This document shows, piece after piece, positions 1 through 11,879 of a stretch of 64,000 nucleotides of DNA; position 1 is the first letter of the stretch; the number at the start of each line of letters is the position of its first letter. This DNA is from Octopus vulgaris. Lineage: Eukaryota. The notes under the pieces are model-generated. The model did not search any database, had not been told where the DNA came from, and saw only the letters and a list, made by a program, of their open reading frames with translations. The position numbers and the translations under genes are program-made. The DNA is taken from NCBI GenBank assembly GCA_951406725.2, contig OX597821.1, positions 106,454,001 to 106,518,000 on the forward strand, read 5' to 3'.

Positions 1-70
1 TGAAAAAGTTTGACTCATCTTCTTGGCACATCCCCAAATTCATCCTCGAGCACTCGACGCGTTCTTCCTT
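1..70 (-). mobile_element. Fragment of the same mariner family as 5475-6767, truncated by an inverted-repeat element
   Basis: 1-70 is nearly identical to ~6147-6217 inside the mariner transposase. Confidence 0.8.
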
Positions 71-600
71 CGCAAATTATTTGAGCATCAATGCGAGTTA
101 CAAACGTTCAGATTTATTCAACAAGTATGCATTCTGTGCATTGTTTTTTTATCCCATCAAACGTGCAAAAAATGCATGCGAGGGCACAAATTCCCGGCAA
201 GTGTGAACACTAACCCAAGGTAACATCAATAATGATGCACCCAAAGACATCGATTACAAGCTATCATTTATCCTTTATATTCTGCTTCTTGCAGTCATTT
301 GACAGAAATTTCCTTTATGGCATTACGCTGCGCCTGGTTATTTATCTTAATTTTTAATATACACCTAATGCATTTCGCTAAATCAGCCATAATTTTTTTA
401 AGGTCAATTTAAATATACTGGCAGAAGAAATTAGCCAAACCATCGGCCATTTGAGGAGTCGCTGCTGCTGATGCCTGTTTTATAAGCAAAAAACATGCAT
501 TGTTTGCACGTTTGATGGGATAAAAAACAATGCACAGAATGCATACTTGTTGAATAAATCTGAACGTTTGTAACTCGCATTGATGCTCAAATAATTTGCG
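71..600. mobile_element. MITE-like element with ~105 bp terminal inverted repeats
   Basis: 71-178 (cgcaaattatttgagcatcaatgcgag...) is the reverse complement of ~494-600; no coding interior. Confidence 0.65.
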
Positions 601-858
601 AATATCAGTACATGGACACATTTATCGCACAAACGCGGGAATATGGATTAAGCGCCAGTTTTTATTCAGTCGACTATCCTATCAATAACTCCCAAATCCC
701 GAGTCAATGTTTTGTTTCGTGAAGCAATAGATATGGCTTTACGTCTATTAACTTCTGTATTACCCAGCCATCATGGGCTTTAAAGTTGCATAAGCTCATA
801 GGCCTACTCAGCTGATTCTAGAGACGGTCATGGGGCAGTTAACCGCTCTTACACTGTC

Positions 859-903
<45 letters not shown>

Positions 904-1171
904 CTCCACTTTGTTATATATATATATATATGTATATGTATATTTTGCTGCCGCACGGAATTTTGTCAGTGAACAAGTTGTGGCCTCAAAGAGACGAACA
1001 TATTTTGGTAAATTCAATTTAAATGTAGAGGTGAATCTAACGGTTTTCGTGTGTTCCTTAAATGACTTATAAACACCTTCCATGCTGCAATTATTTTCCT
1101 TCCAGCACACGATATGAGTTCAGGTTATTTGCTTTGCAAGTACATCTCCGTAACTATATATATATATATAT

Positions 1172-2134
1172 ATTTATAAATGATTGTGAAAAATTGATAT
1201 TAATTTAATAATACCATTAATTTAACACCGAGTGGCTTAGCACAAAAAACTACGGAGAAAATACAAATTTATACATAAATTATTAGAGAGTTAACCACTA
1301 TGTGGTTAACTCTAGTGCTAAAAATAGCCCCGATAGTATAGCCACAGAAAAAGATGTTTCCAACTAGAAGTAACATACATTTAACGGAACGAAAGTGAAA
1401 TATAACGAATAAATAGATTGACCCTGAACAAATTGTTTCATTATTAATGTAATATGTAATTTTACTTACATACACATCTATAAATCATAAGCAGAGGTTT
1501 GTCTTAAATACCATTAATTAGACCGACACGAGCGTCAAAAACACGAGCGGTTTAACGAATTGCATTTTTAATTATGCCTCAAATTCCACGCCAAAAGCAT
1601 GCCAAGACTCTTTGGAAACGTGGTTAACTCTCTAATAATTTATGTATAAAGTTGTATTTTCTCCGTAGTTTTTTGTGCTAAGCCACTCGGTGTTAAATTA
1701 ATGGTATTATTAAATTAATATCAATTTTTCACCCTCATTTATAAATTTATAAATTTAATTATGCGGCAGTAAATATTTTATTTGATGCAGCATACACTTC
1801 CAAAGAGTCTTGGCATACTTTTGGCGTGGAATTTGAGGCATAACTAAAAATGCAATTCGTTAAACCGCTCGTGTTTTTGACGCTCGTGTCGGTCTAATTA
1901 ATTGTATTTAAAACAAACCTCTGCTTATGATTTATAGATGTGTATGTAAGTAAAATTACATATTACATTAGTAATGAAACAATTTGTTCAGGGTCAATCT
2001 ATTTATTCGTTATATTTCACTTTCGTTCCGTTAAATGTATGTTACTTCTAGTTGGAAACATCTTTTTCTGTGGTTATACTATCGGGGCCATTTTTAGCAC
2101 TAGAGTTATCCACATAGTGGTTAACTCTCTAATA

Positions 2135-2140
<6 letters not shown>
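1172..2140. repeat. Rearranged inverted duplication (A-B / A'-B') flanked by (TA)n, possibly a Penelope-type inverted terminal repeat
   Basis: 1172-1300 is the reverse complement of 1620-1746, and ~1280-1615 of ~1797-2140; mirrored ORFs 1269..1475(-) and 1940..2200(+). Confidence 0.7.
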
Positions 2141-2202
<62 letters not shown>

Positions 2203-2762
2203 CCCCTCTGACAGCATAAAGAGTTTTTTTTTTTTAATTCTCAATTCTAGCAAAGTAGGCGTCTCGACAAATTTAGTCACACGTAGTGATGACTGAATTA
2301 TCCTTTATGAAATTATATTGTGCCTAGTTGTTCATATTAATATATATATATATATTACGGAGATGTACTTGATTATCAAGTAACCTCATCTGCGATCGTG
2401 TGCTAAAACAAAAACAGCGTGGAAGGTGTTTATAACCCATTTAAAATACACACAAAAACCGTTAGATACATTTCAGCATCTAAATTTAATTTGTCAAAAT
2501 ATATACATGCTTTGAAACCGCGACCTGTTAACTGACAGAATTCCGGGATGCGTGTGTGTGTTCGACGGGGTCTGCATCAACCGAGTTGACTCAGAATGCT
2601 TTTGTTGGTTCGAGCCTATATTAGAAGACTGCCACGCCATAGGTGCCAACCGAAAACCATATGGTTGGGAAGTATGTTTTCTTATCATGCAGCCACAGAA
2701 AGGTTAAATGCTTCTTTTTACACAATCCCCATTCATGTTGTCCCTCTTCTTATGTATTACAG

Positions 2763-2852
2763 ATATTAGTTTTCCTAAATCGACTAACGAATGAATCTCA
2801 TGGAATCGATGTTGGTGGCTGTTTCGTAATAACGCCCTCGTCAACACTTACG
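2763..2852 (+). CDS. Penultimate coding exon of a gustatory-receptor-like gene (ILVFLNRLTNESHGIDVGGCFVITPSSTLT)
   Basis: Pyrimidine-rich tract plus tacAG acceptor ending 2762; GTAATT donor at 2853; 90 nt, phase 0/0; peptide fits the GR/GRL pre-TM7 pattern (F..RL....G..G.F.I). Confidence 0.8.
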
Positions 2853-3655
2853 GTAATTTATCACAGCGTTTAATATTTACAAAACTTCATTTTATATATG
2901 AAGCGCTTTTTTTCTTTATAATGTCTAAAAGAAACTCAACTCCATTTCTATATACGAAGTTGAGGACTTTATATGATTTGGTGGTAAAGAGTTTTCTGGT
3001 TTTGTAATAAAAAAAAAGTAGATGATTACAGTTCATTAAACGTATTCTACCATTGTTTTTTTTTTTTTTTTTTTGCTGTAATTGTGTAGGACGTTTTCAC
3101 CCTCGTAATTTAATGTTTTATGTTCAATTTATATTGTAACTTATATTTAATATACAGCAATGCTTTCTGCTATACCTAACACACTTTTCTAAGTATTTGT
3201 AATATACTATTATTCTGCTGTAAATCTTATATGCGTTAAAGAACTAAAAGCATTTTAACTCTGAATATCTCTTCCTGAAATTGGTACCTGCGTCATTTAT
3301 GCCATCAAATACCGTAGTTTATATATATATATATTTTATCTATTTTAATTTTTATTTTATCTAGTTTCAGCTCACGAACTGTGGCCATGCTGGGGCACCG
3401 CCATTTGGTGTTGCTACATAAGTTTACTTTACGAATGCTTATTAGCAATTGACATTTGGTGCATGAGAGTGTTTGGTGCAGCTGCCTTCATCTGCACCTC
3501 CTGCTACGAAGTTGGTTCATCTGGAACACCTGACAGGATGAGGTCCAGCTTTATTTTGAAGACACCTACATCCACCCCATGCAGGTCTCTCAGATCCTTC
3601 GGGAGGTTATTGAAAACTGTGGACCTCTGAAGCCCAGGCTATTGCAGTATCTTGT

Positions 3656-3700
<45 letters not shown>

Positions 3701-4479
3701 TCATACAATTTTTTTGAAATATATAGGAGGTAATGTGATATGACATCCGTACTTGGACATATGTACGAATATATGCAATCTGCTTCAAATAAACTCTGTT
3801 GCCACTGCATCTATCTATTACTGATACAGCTCCTCATACTTCAATTTTCCGAAAACTCCGAAACAAGATGGTGACCTACCAGAATCGTTAGGATGTCAGA
3901 GAAAATGCTTAGCTGCATGTTTGGAAGTTCTTTACGACTAAGTTAGAATCGCGTTGATAAATGAAAATACCAGTAATGTACTAGTTTCGACGTAATCGAC
4001 TTACATCTGTGCTTCACTCTGCTGACCTTAAATCTTACAATGTGCCGCCAGCTTGGCAAGGGGAATGTTATGGTTTCAGTAACTTATACGTATTGGAAAC
4101 CTAGTAACCGTATTAATGAATGCGCAAGCAAAATTATAAGTAAGTGCTAAATATTAACATTTACTTATTTCGTTAATAGATTATATTGGAGGATATTATA
4201 ACAAAACAATATTCCTAACAAACCTCCAATTAAAACTGCAACACAACTGCTATAATCACAACAGGGCTATAGATGCTATGATGTGATTGAAGTGGAAACC
4301 AGCTTTAAAGGAGATAGGAGATTTGAAAACATAGTTTTGAGCTGGGAGCGAAGATACTGGATTGTTTAGTGTTATCGAGCTCGTTCTCTTATTCCCAACC
4401 TCCTTTTGTAACTACATATCGCAGGACTCCTCTCATTTTAATCAGACATCAATCAATTATTGCTATTACAATTAGTAAT

Positions 4480-4635
4480 AAGACAGTGAGCTGGCAGAAA
4501 CGATAACACACCGGGCGAATTGCTTAGCGATATTTCGATAGTTCTAATTCCGCCGAGGTCGACTTTGCCTTTCATCTTTCGGAGTCGATAAATTAAGTAC
4601 CAGTTGCCTACTGAGGTCGATCTAATCGACTGGAT
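4480..4635 (+). mobile_element. SINE (tRNA-like head, Deu/Nin-like core) in the last GRL intron
   Basis: gagctggcagaaacg...gtcgactttgcctttcatc...gtcgataaattaagtacc; same family as 22445-22677 and 42455-42686. Confidence 0.75.
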
Positions 4636-4868
4636 TGCCTAGAATACAAAAGGATATATATTCTACCGATGCCTAATTGAAACGAACTGACGACAAGACT
4701 GGCAGATTTTTAACTGAATGCCTAAATTACTCGTATTGGCTGAATCATTCACGTTACTGCCAAGTTTCTGTCCTTATTTTATTAAAATATAATAAACTTC
4801 TTTCTAAATCATTCTATGAATTCATTGAAAATAACAGCTAATTTATTTTTCTCTTTTCTTCTTTTCAG

Positions 4869-4925
4869 ATGATAGGAAGTTTTATTACTTACATACTGGT
4901 TGTGATCCAGACAAAATCTTTATAA
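4869..4925 (+). CDS. Terminal coding exon of a gustatory-receptor-like gene (MIGSFITYILVVIQTKSL*)
   Basis: Strong polypyrimidine tract plus ttttcAG ending 4868; carries the TYhhhhhQ TM7 signature; TAA 4923-4925; AATAAA at 5373-5378. Confidence 0.85.
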   Translation: MIGSFITYILVVIQTKSL

Positions 4926-5474
4926 CTGCCCTCTTCCTTATTATACCTTTCCAATGGTAAATTAAATACGAAGTTCAGTTAAACAACATTACTTCACCTA
5001 TACATGTGTTCGGACAACGTCCCTGCAAACCTTTCCGAAGCAAGATGCTTGAACAGATAAAAAATAGCGTGATACTGTAGCGGGTTCCAGCCTCTCGTAC
5101 CGGTGAAACATTAGGTTGACTATGTAATCTTTGTTATCATGCGGCTATTGATTTTCAACTAGTCTTTCTTACAACTGAGCATCATCTTTTTATTAAACCT
5201 TATCAAAAAGAATATTTTTCACTTTGATTTTTCTCCATATATATTGTATTTTTCTTACCCCTCATCTGCACAACATATGTTTTTCTTTGGCCGATACATC
5301 ACTGTATAAATGTTCAATTATAAATATTCAACCTTGCATTATGTAATTTCCTTTTTGGCTATATTTTCTTGAAATAAAATATCATGATGAATCCATTTAC
5401 TGAATTCATTTATTCATTTTACTGAATTAAATGCATGTCATCAGGGTAGAAAAAATTATGTCAATATAAAGCTA

Positions 5475-6767
5475 CGAGAGGCGTTCAATAAGTAATGCCT
5501 CTGACCCACTTCCCATAGCAGCAGAGCAACGAAACTTGGCACAGTTATTAGTCTTTTTCTACATAGGAACTACCCAGAGTTACGCATTTCTCCCATCGTT
5601 TGATGCAGCTCTGGAGACCGTTTTTGTAGAAGACCCCAGCTTGGTCCTCCAGCCACGACGTGACTTCAGAAATCAAGGCTGCATCATCTGGGAAACGCTT
5701 TCCTTTCAAAAACAACTTCATGGCTGGGAAGAGGTGAAAATCAGAGGGTGCAAGGTCAGGAGAGTAGGGGGGATGGGGGAGGAGTTCTTAGCCGCACGCA
5801 TGTGCTTCTGATCTGGCGACACGCGAGTTGTGGACCGGAGCGTTGTCCTGCAAGAGGAGGATGCCTTTGCTGATCTTGCCCCGCTTCTTGATTTTGATAG
5901 CTTCTCTTAATTTCCTCAAAAGTGAAGCATAATAGGCTCCTGTAATTGTGGTACCCTTTGCCAGGAAATCTGTCATCACTACTCCGTCCTGGTCCCAGAA
6001 GACTGTGAGCATGACCTTGCCAGCGGAGGGTTGCACCCTTGCCTTCTTTGGAGGAGGTGAGTCACGGTGCTTCCACTGCATTGACTGGGCTTTGGTGTCT
6101 GGATCATAGTGATGGACCCAGGTTTCATCCTGTGTAATCAGTCTTTTGAAAAAGTTTGACTCATCTTCTTGGCACATCCCCAAATTCATCCTCGAACACT
6201 CGACGCGTTCTTCCTTCTGGAAAGGTGTGAGCAACCTGGGAATCCATCTGGCAGACACCTTTTGCATATGCAAATGGTCATGAATGATAGTTTCCACAGA
6301 CCCGGTACTAATCTTAACCTCATGGGCTATTTGGCGAATAGTTATGCGTCGATCTTCCAAAATGGCAGCCTCAACTTGACGGACAGGTGCCTCATCAATG
6401 GCAGAAGGGGGACGACCAGATCTGGGAGCTGTTTCCACAGAGTTCCGACCATGTTTGAATTCACGATGCCAGCGTTTTACAAGGTCATATGATGGGGTAT
6501 CATCACCATAAGTTACTTTCATTTCATCAAAAGTCTCCCGTGGTGTGCGTCCTTTCAAATACAAAAACCGGATCACTGCTCGACACTCAACAGGCTCCAT
6601 TTCACACTTGACTCAGTTCAAACACCTGTAAATCAGAAACCACAATTAGTTCAGAGCTGTAACTCTCCACTCAATCTATAGAGATATGAATAATTGCACA
6701 TGCAAACTTTCAGCTAGATCAAATAACTGCAAGTGGGTCAAAGGCATTACTTATTGAACGCCCCTCG
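5475..6767 (-). mobile_element. Full-length mariner (DD34D) transposon
   Basis: TIRs cgagaggcgttcaataagtaatgcc / ggcattacttattgaacgcccctcg; TA on both flanks (5473-74, 6768-69); 1293 bp. Confidence 0.95.
5548..6600 (-). pseudogene. Mariner transposase (350 codons) with one in-frame TAA at 5788-5790
   Basis: WIPRLL, DETW and DNAP motifs; the same frame continues past the stop as ELLPHPPYSPDLAPSDF...YVEKD*. Confidence 0.9.
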
Positions 6768-7227
6768 TATTTTATGTCAAAATTTACTCGCGTGTCGTCT
6801 TTGGATGGATGTGCAAGATATTGGCAATCGGAGTATGTTGAAGCAATTATTTTTTAACGCACAAGCAATCAACTTTACATGAATCTTTCCTAACACCAAA
6901 CCCTATACAAACATTTCAAATACATTTTCGACAACCTCGCTTGAATGTTTTAAAAGAAATAAAGAGCCTACAGTAAATCCAACATTTAAAAAATTATATC
7001 TTATTTTAAAAGTGTGTAAAAACACCAAACCGTTCAGTGTCGCCATCTGTCCGGATTCCAATTCAGATGGCGACGCTGAACAGATATGGTGCTTTTATAA
7101 CTTTTTACCCTACGAGATCATTTTCTTAACGGTCACTTCGGTAACTGCCGTGAATTTGCCTTTTCGCAGTTGAAATGTTAGAAACATATTTTAACTAAAC
7201 TAAACTTTCCTTTTATATATATTAATC

Positions 7228-7900
7228 AGGTCATCCCATAAGTTCTGTCCGATTTTACCTATTTAAAAATTAAATGAAATTTGATAGTACTTTAGAATGT
7301 CTAATGGAATTAAAAATTATTTTCATGCATTTGCGTACATTCAAAAATAAATTAAATATTATTTCACAGAATAATAGAATTAAAATTTCTTTGATTAAAA
7401 CCCTTTCTAACATGGAAATATCCAAAGAGAATTTCAGGCACATAATGCTTTATGAGTGAAAAAAGGAAACTCTGCAGCCAAAGCGACTCGAAACAGACAC
7501 TCGGTTTAAGGGAAAGAATGCTTGAATGAAAGAATTTGCTTAAGATGGATTGCAAAATTCAGAAGTGGAGATTTCAGCGTTGAAGATGAAGATCGAACAG
7601 GACGTCCAGTTGAATTTGATGATAAGCTTCTGGAGGCATTACTTGAAGAAAATCCTCCTGCATTACCAGTTGAAGAATTGGCAATAAAGCTTAGTTCAAA
7701 CCATACAACTGTTCAGCGTCTTCTTCAACAACTTGGAAAGGTTTCTAGACTTGGAAAATGGGTGCCTCATAAATTGCCCGAAAGCAACCGCAAATCCCGA
7801 GTTGACATCTGCTCTTCTCTCCATTCTCGCGAACTCATTTCACTTGTTTTGGACTGGTGACGAAAAATTGATCTTCTATCGAAATGTTACACTTCTTAAA
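7228..7900 (+). mobile_element. Degenerate, 3'-truncated mariner of a second family
   Basis: MEISKENFRHIMLYE*KKGNSAAKA, RTGRP and WVPHKL motifs with stops and frameshifts. Confidence 0.8.
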
Positions 7901-8319
7901 CAGTAAACATCATCTATCAAAGTATCAAGGTAATTATAGATTACCGCAATTGGCAACCTAACAATTGACACCCAGTCTTTGATACTGAACTTTGATTAGA
8001 GACTGTGAACAACAGAATGCAGCTCCTCCACTCCTATTACATGAAACCCATAGCTTCAACGTACGTTGTTTACAAGAACTCAGCTTTGACACACAACATG
8101 AAAGCCAATATACTCATAGCAGACTTAGGATAATGAACAACGTCCCGACTATGCAAACCCTATGAAACGAAGAGACACGTACAGAAATTCCTGTACCGCA
8201 TACAATTCTCTAGATATGATCAGAAAGACACACACACACACACACACACACACTCACTTTTACACTTTTACTTGTTGTTTCAGCCATGCGGTTGTGGTCA
8301 TACTGGAGCATCACCATGG

Positions 8320-9000
8320 ATTTCTGATTTCCTCAGCCTGAAGTGTTTCACATCACCACTTCTGTATCTATCTTTGTCCCTGCTGTTGGTCCATTTGGTG
8401 TATGAAGGCGTTTGATTCCGCTGCCCACGACTGCACCTCATGTCGGGCTGTTGGTTGATCCTGTATTATGGAGAAGATGTCAAGTTCCTCTTTGAAGACA
8501 TCTACTTCCACCTTATGCCGATTTCTTAATGTTTGTGGCAGGTCATTGAAGAGATGTGGGCCTTCGAACTCTTGACTAATGCAACACCTGGTCCTGAATA
8601 TAGGTGGAGTGGATTGCACATTTGGTACAATGCAATGACGGCCAATTCTGGTATTTGTATAACACTCAATGCCGAAGTTGGGTACCAAACCTTCTACGAT
8701 TTTCCATATGTATATTATTGCATATATCTCATTCCTTCGCCCCGGGGAGTAAAATTGTAGCTTTCTCAGCCTGTTTCTGTAGCTCATCCATTGCACTGTT
8801 TCAATCTTTTTAGTGTAGTGGCGTTGGACTGCCTCAAGCTCCGCTGTTAGTTTGGTACTACGTGGTGACTATAACTGGGGGCAGAACTCCAGGCGGCTGA
8901 GAACAAAGGTTCTCCACAGGGTAAACATAGTTTTAGTCTCTTGTCTTGAAGGGCCTCAGTATCCATCCTGCCAGCAGTTTGCACTTTGCTGTCATCTTGC
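8320..9000 (-). mobile_element. 3' fragment of a CR1/L2-type LINE
   Basis: ORF 8368..8796 (IIYIWKIVEGLVPNFGI, GPHLFN) is homologous to the C-terminus of the LINE at 32646-34664. Confidence 0.75.
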
Positions 9001-9490
9001 TAATGTGCTTATAAAATGATGCGTCAATGCACATATTGATCTCCAATATATACATTTTTGTGCACAAAAAAAGTTGTTGAGAGTGACCTCATAGTTTCGG
9101 CCAGATAAGCCATTGTAGGACTGCAGACAACATTGAACTGATAACAATACGCTTGCATGTGAATAATAATTTGTATTCTGAAACAGAAATGGAGAGCAAC
9201 CCATGAGATTAATGCAACATCGCTATTGACATTTTATACATAGCATGTTATGTAAGTTAAGTGATTCCACTTAAGTAGAAGAAATGATAGTAACCTCAGT
9301 TTCGAAGAAACAATTGGGTATTGATTAGGTTATTTTCTGCAATTTTCACATCAAAGGAAACTGATCGATCATGTAAACATAAATCTTTACATTTGTATAG
9401 GTAGACTTATATACTTCTGTCTAAGTGGAATCAATTAACATGCAAATCGTAGGTTATATACAATACGTCAGTAGCTGAATAGCTCTAGCA

Positions 9491-9729
<239 letters not shown>

Positions 9730-9971
9730 TGACGGATGTAATGTCAGTTCAGCTCCGAAGGTAATTGTTTATTTTGACTATTTATAGGCCAATTTTTGTG
9801 TAGATTTTTGCAAATAAGGTGTGTAAGGCAACCAACTTTCGTTTGAGTGCTTTTCCAAGGGAGGAATTCGCCCCTAGGGGCAGTTTCGACCCCATTTCAT
9901 TTCTGTGATTTTCTTCTCGACATTAGAAAATGTCTTGAAATTTTATTGTTGAACGCTGGTCGCGTTCTTTT

Positions 9972-11822
9972 ATGGAACAACATTTTCCTAGTCTGGAAAC
10001 GACAGAGAAAAAAAAGAACGTTCGCACGGAAAATGCCAACGTAAAATTCGGTGAAATGAACGCTGCGACCACGTGCGTTAACAGCCCTGTAACCACCGCC
10101 ACCACCACCACTAACAACAGCAACCACGAGACAACAACTGCTACTACCACCACCTCCACCACCACCACCACCACCACTACCACGACCAACATAAATGATA
10201 AAAATAAAACTGAAACGAAAACTATTGACAAAAACAACAGCAACAACAAGAACAACAATAAAAATGAACTATCTAATAATGAAGATGTTAATACAAAAAA
10301 ATCAACAACATCAGTAAATTTCGCAGACATTCTTCGCCAAAAGAAGGAAATTGTTACATTCACAAATGAAGAGCTCATAGAGACAAGAGCTCTCTTTACA
10401 ACCCGTGGACAAGATTTAGTGCTGCATACACCTCAACATATAAAACAAGAAATTGAAAATAAGACAATTGTATATAAAATTATTAGAAAAAACAAAAAAC
10501 CAAATGAACAGATTACAAAAACTGATGTGGAGAAATGTTTAAAAAACATAATGAAAGAAAAAGAGTATATAAACTGGGGTCCCCAGTTTAACACAGTAGT
10601 GGTCCGCTTCCCTTACCAGGAAGTGGCAAAAGCTCACTCTACTGAGTCTCTGGGAAATGATGAAATCATCATGGTCCCTTATTATAAAAACCAGAGGGTG
10701 AGTAGAATTACTATCAGAAATGTACCCCCCGATATGCCGAACAAATGGATAACAGGGGCAATCTGTTACCACTTGAAAAAGATCAATATTTTGGAAACAG
10801 CCGTGTACCTAAACGACAATTGGGGTGGAAAAACAGTAGTGGTGACCATCCAGATTGAGGGGGCCTCTATCGAGAGCCTACCCGACAAGATATTCTTGGA
10901 GAATGGGCAATGCCTATATGTTATGGCAGAAGGCAAAAAGCCTAGATGCTACAAATGTGGCAGCCCCGAACATTTGATTGCCAAGTGCGATCTGGTACAG
11001 AAAAAACAAGAAAGAACAAATCAGAAAACAAATAAAATCCCTTTGTTGCCAACACCAACACCAACACACTCAATTATGGAACAATGCCAAGAAAAACAAC
11101 AAACCAGCAAACAAACCCCAACAACATCACCAAGAAAAACAGTACCAACACAATCACAGTTGACTTCACAACCAATTAAACCTGTTGAATTAACAAAAAA
11201 TAGACCCACGCCCACACCCAGGACGACAATTAAAAAGACAGAAAACACTGACGAGAAGACAAATGCTACCCCTAACACCACAACAACACAAACACCGCAC
11301 AAAACATCAACAATTTATACAAGCATACATAGTAATGCAAATGTTTTGCCTCTACCCCATACTGATACGTCGGACGACGAAAGTTCGACGGAATGGCAAA
11401 TAGCCACAGGGGGTAAAAGAAAAAGATCCAAAAAATCCACCAAACAAGGAATTAAAGCAGGGAGATATCTAACTCAGGACAACATCCCCCTAGACAATCA
11501 AAAAAGTAATGAACCCGTAAAACCACACACACAACTAACTGCAATAGACACAGACAATAAAGAATTAATGGACTACATCAAATCTAACATGGTCGTCTGT
11601 GAAGATGATTTTAAGACAAACAATCATCCGCACACCACACCACCGAAACACATCAGAATTTTACACATAACACAAGCACAACACCACATACTGAAAACAT
11701 TATTTCCGAATGCGGTAGGCGGGTATCAACGATACCTGTCGAAAAAACTATACAAACACCTCATCAAAAACGATACAAAAGAAGAAGAAGAAAAAAATGA
11801 AACTTTTAAAATGAGTAAGTGA
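9972..11822 (+). CDS. LINE ORF1 protein, 616 aa, with CCHC zinc knuckle
   Basis: CYKCGSPEHLIAKC (CX2CX4HX4C); lies directly upstream of ORF2. Confidence 0.85.
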   Translation: MEQHFPSLETTEKKKNVRTENANVKFGEMNAATTCVNSPVTTATTTTNNSNHETTTATTTTSTTTTTTTTTTNINDKNKTETKTIDKNNSNNKNNNKNELSNNEDVNTKKSTTSVNFADILRQKKEIVTFTNEELIETRALFTTRGQDLVLHTPQHIKQEIENKTIVYKIIRKNKKPNEQITKTDVEKCLKNIMKEKEYINWGPQFNTVVVRFPYQEVAKAHSTESLGNDEIIMVPYYKNQRVSRITIRNVPPDMPNKWITGAICYHLKKINILETAVYLNDNWGGKTVVVTIQIEGASIESLPDKIFLENGQCLYVMAEGKKPRCYKCGSPEHLIAKCDLVQKKQERTNQKTNKIPLLPTPTPTHSIMEQCQEKQQTSKQTPTTSPRKTVPTQSQLTSQPIKPVELTKNRPTPTPRTTIKKTENTDEKTNATPNTTTTQTPHKTSTIYTSIHSNANVLPLPHTDTSDDESSTEWQIATGGKRKRSKKSTKQGIKAGRYLTQDNIPLDNQKSNEPVKPHTQLTAIDTDNKELMDYIKSNMVVCEDDFKTNNHPHTTPPKHIRILHITQAQHHILKTLFPNAVGGYQRYLSKKLYKHLIKNDTKEEEEKNETFKMSK

Positions 11823-11879
11823 CCTCACTTCTTGCCTCTTGTCTCTTCTAATATAGTGTGTAAAACACAATTTTCGTAA

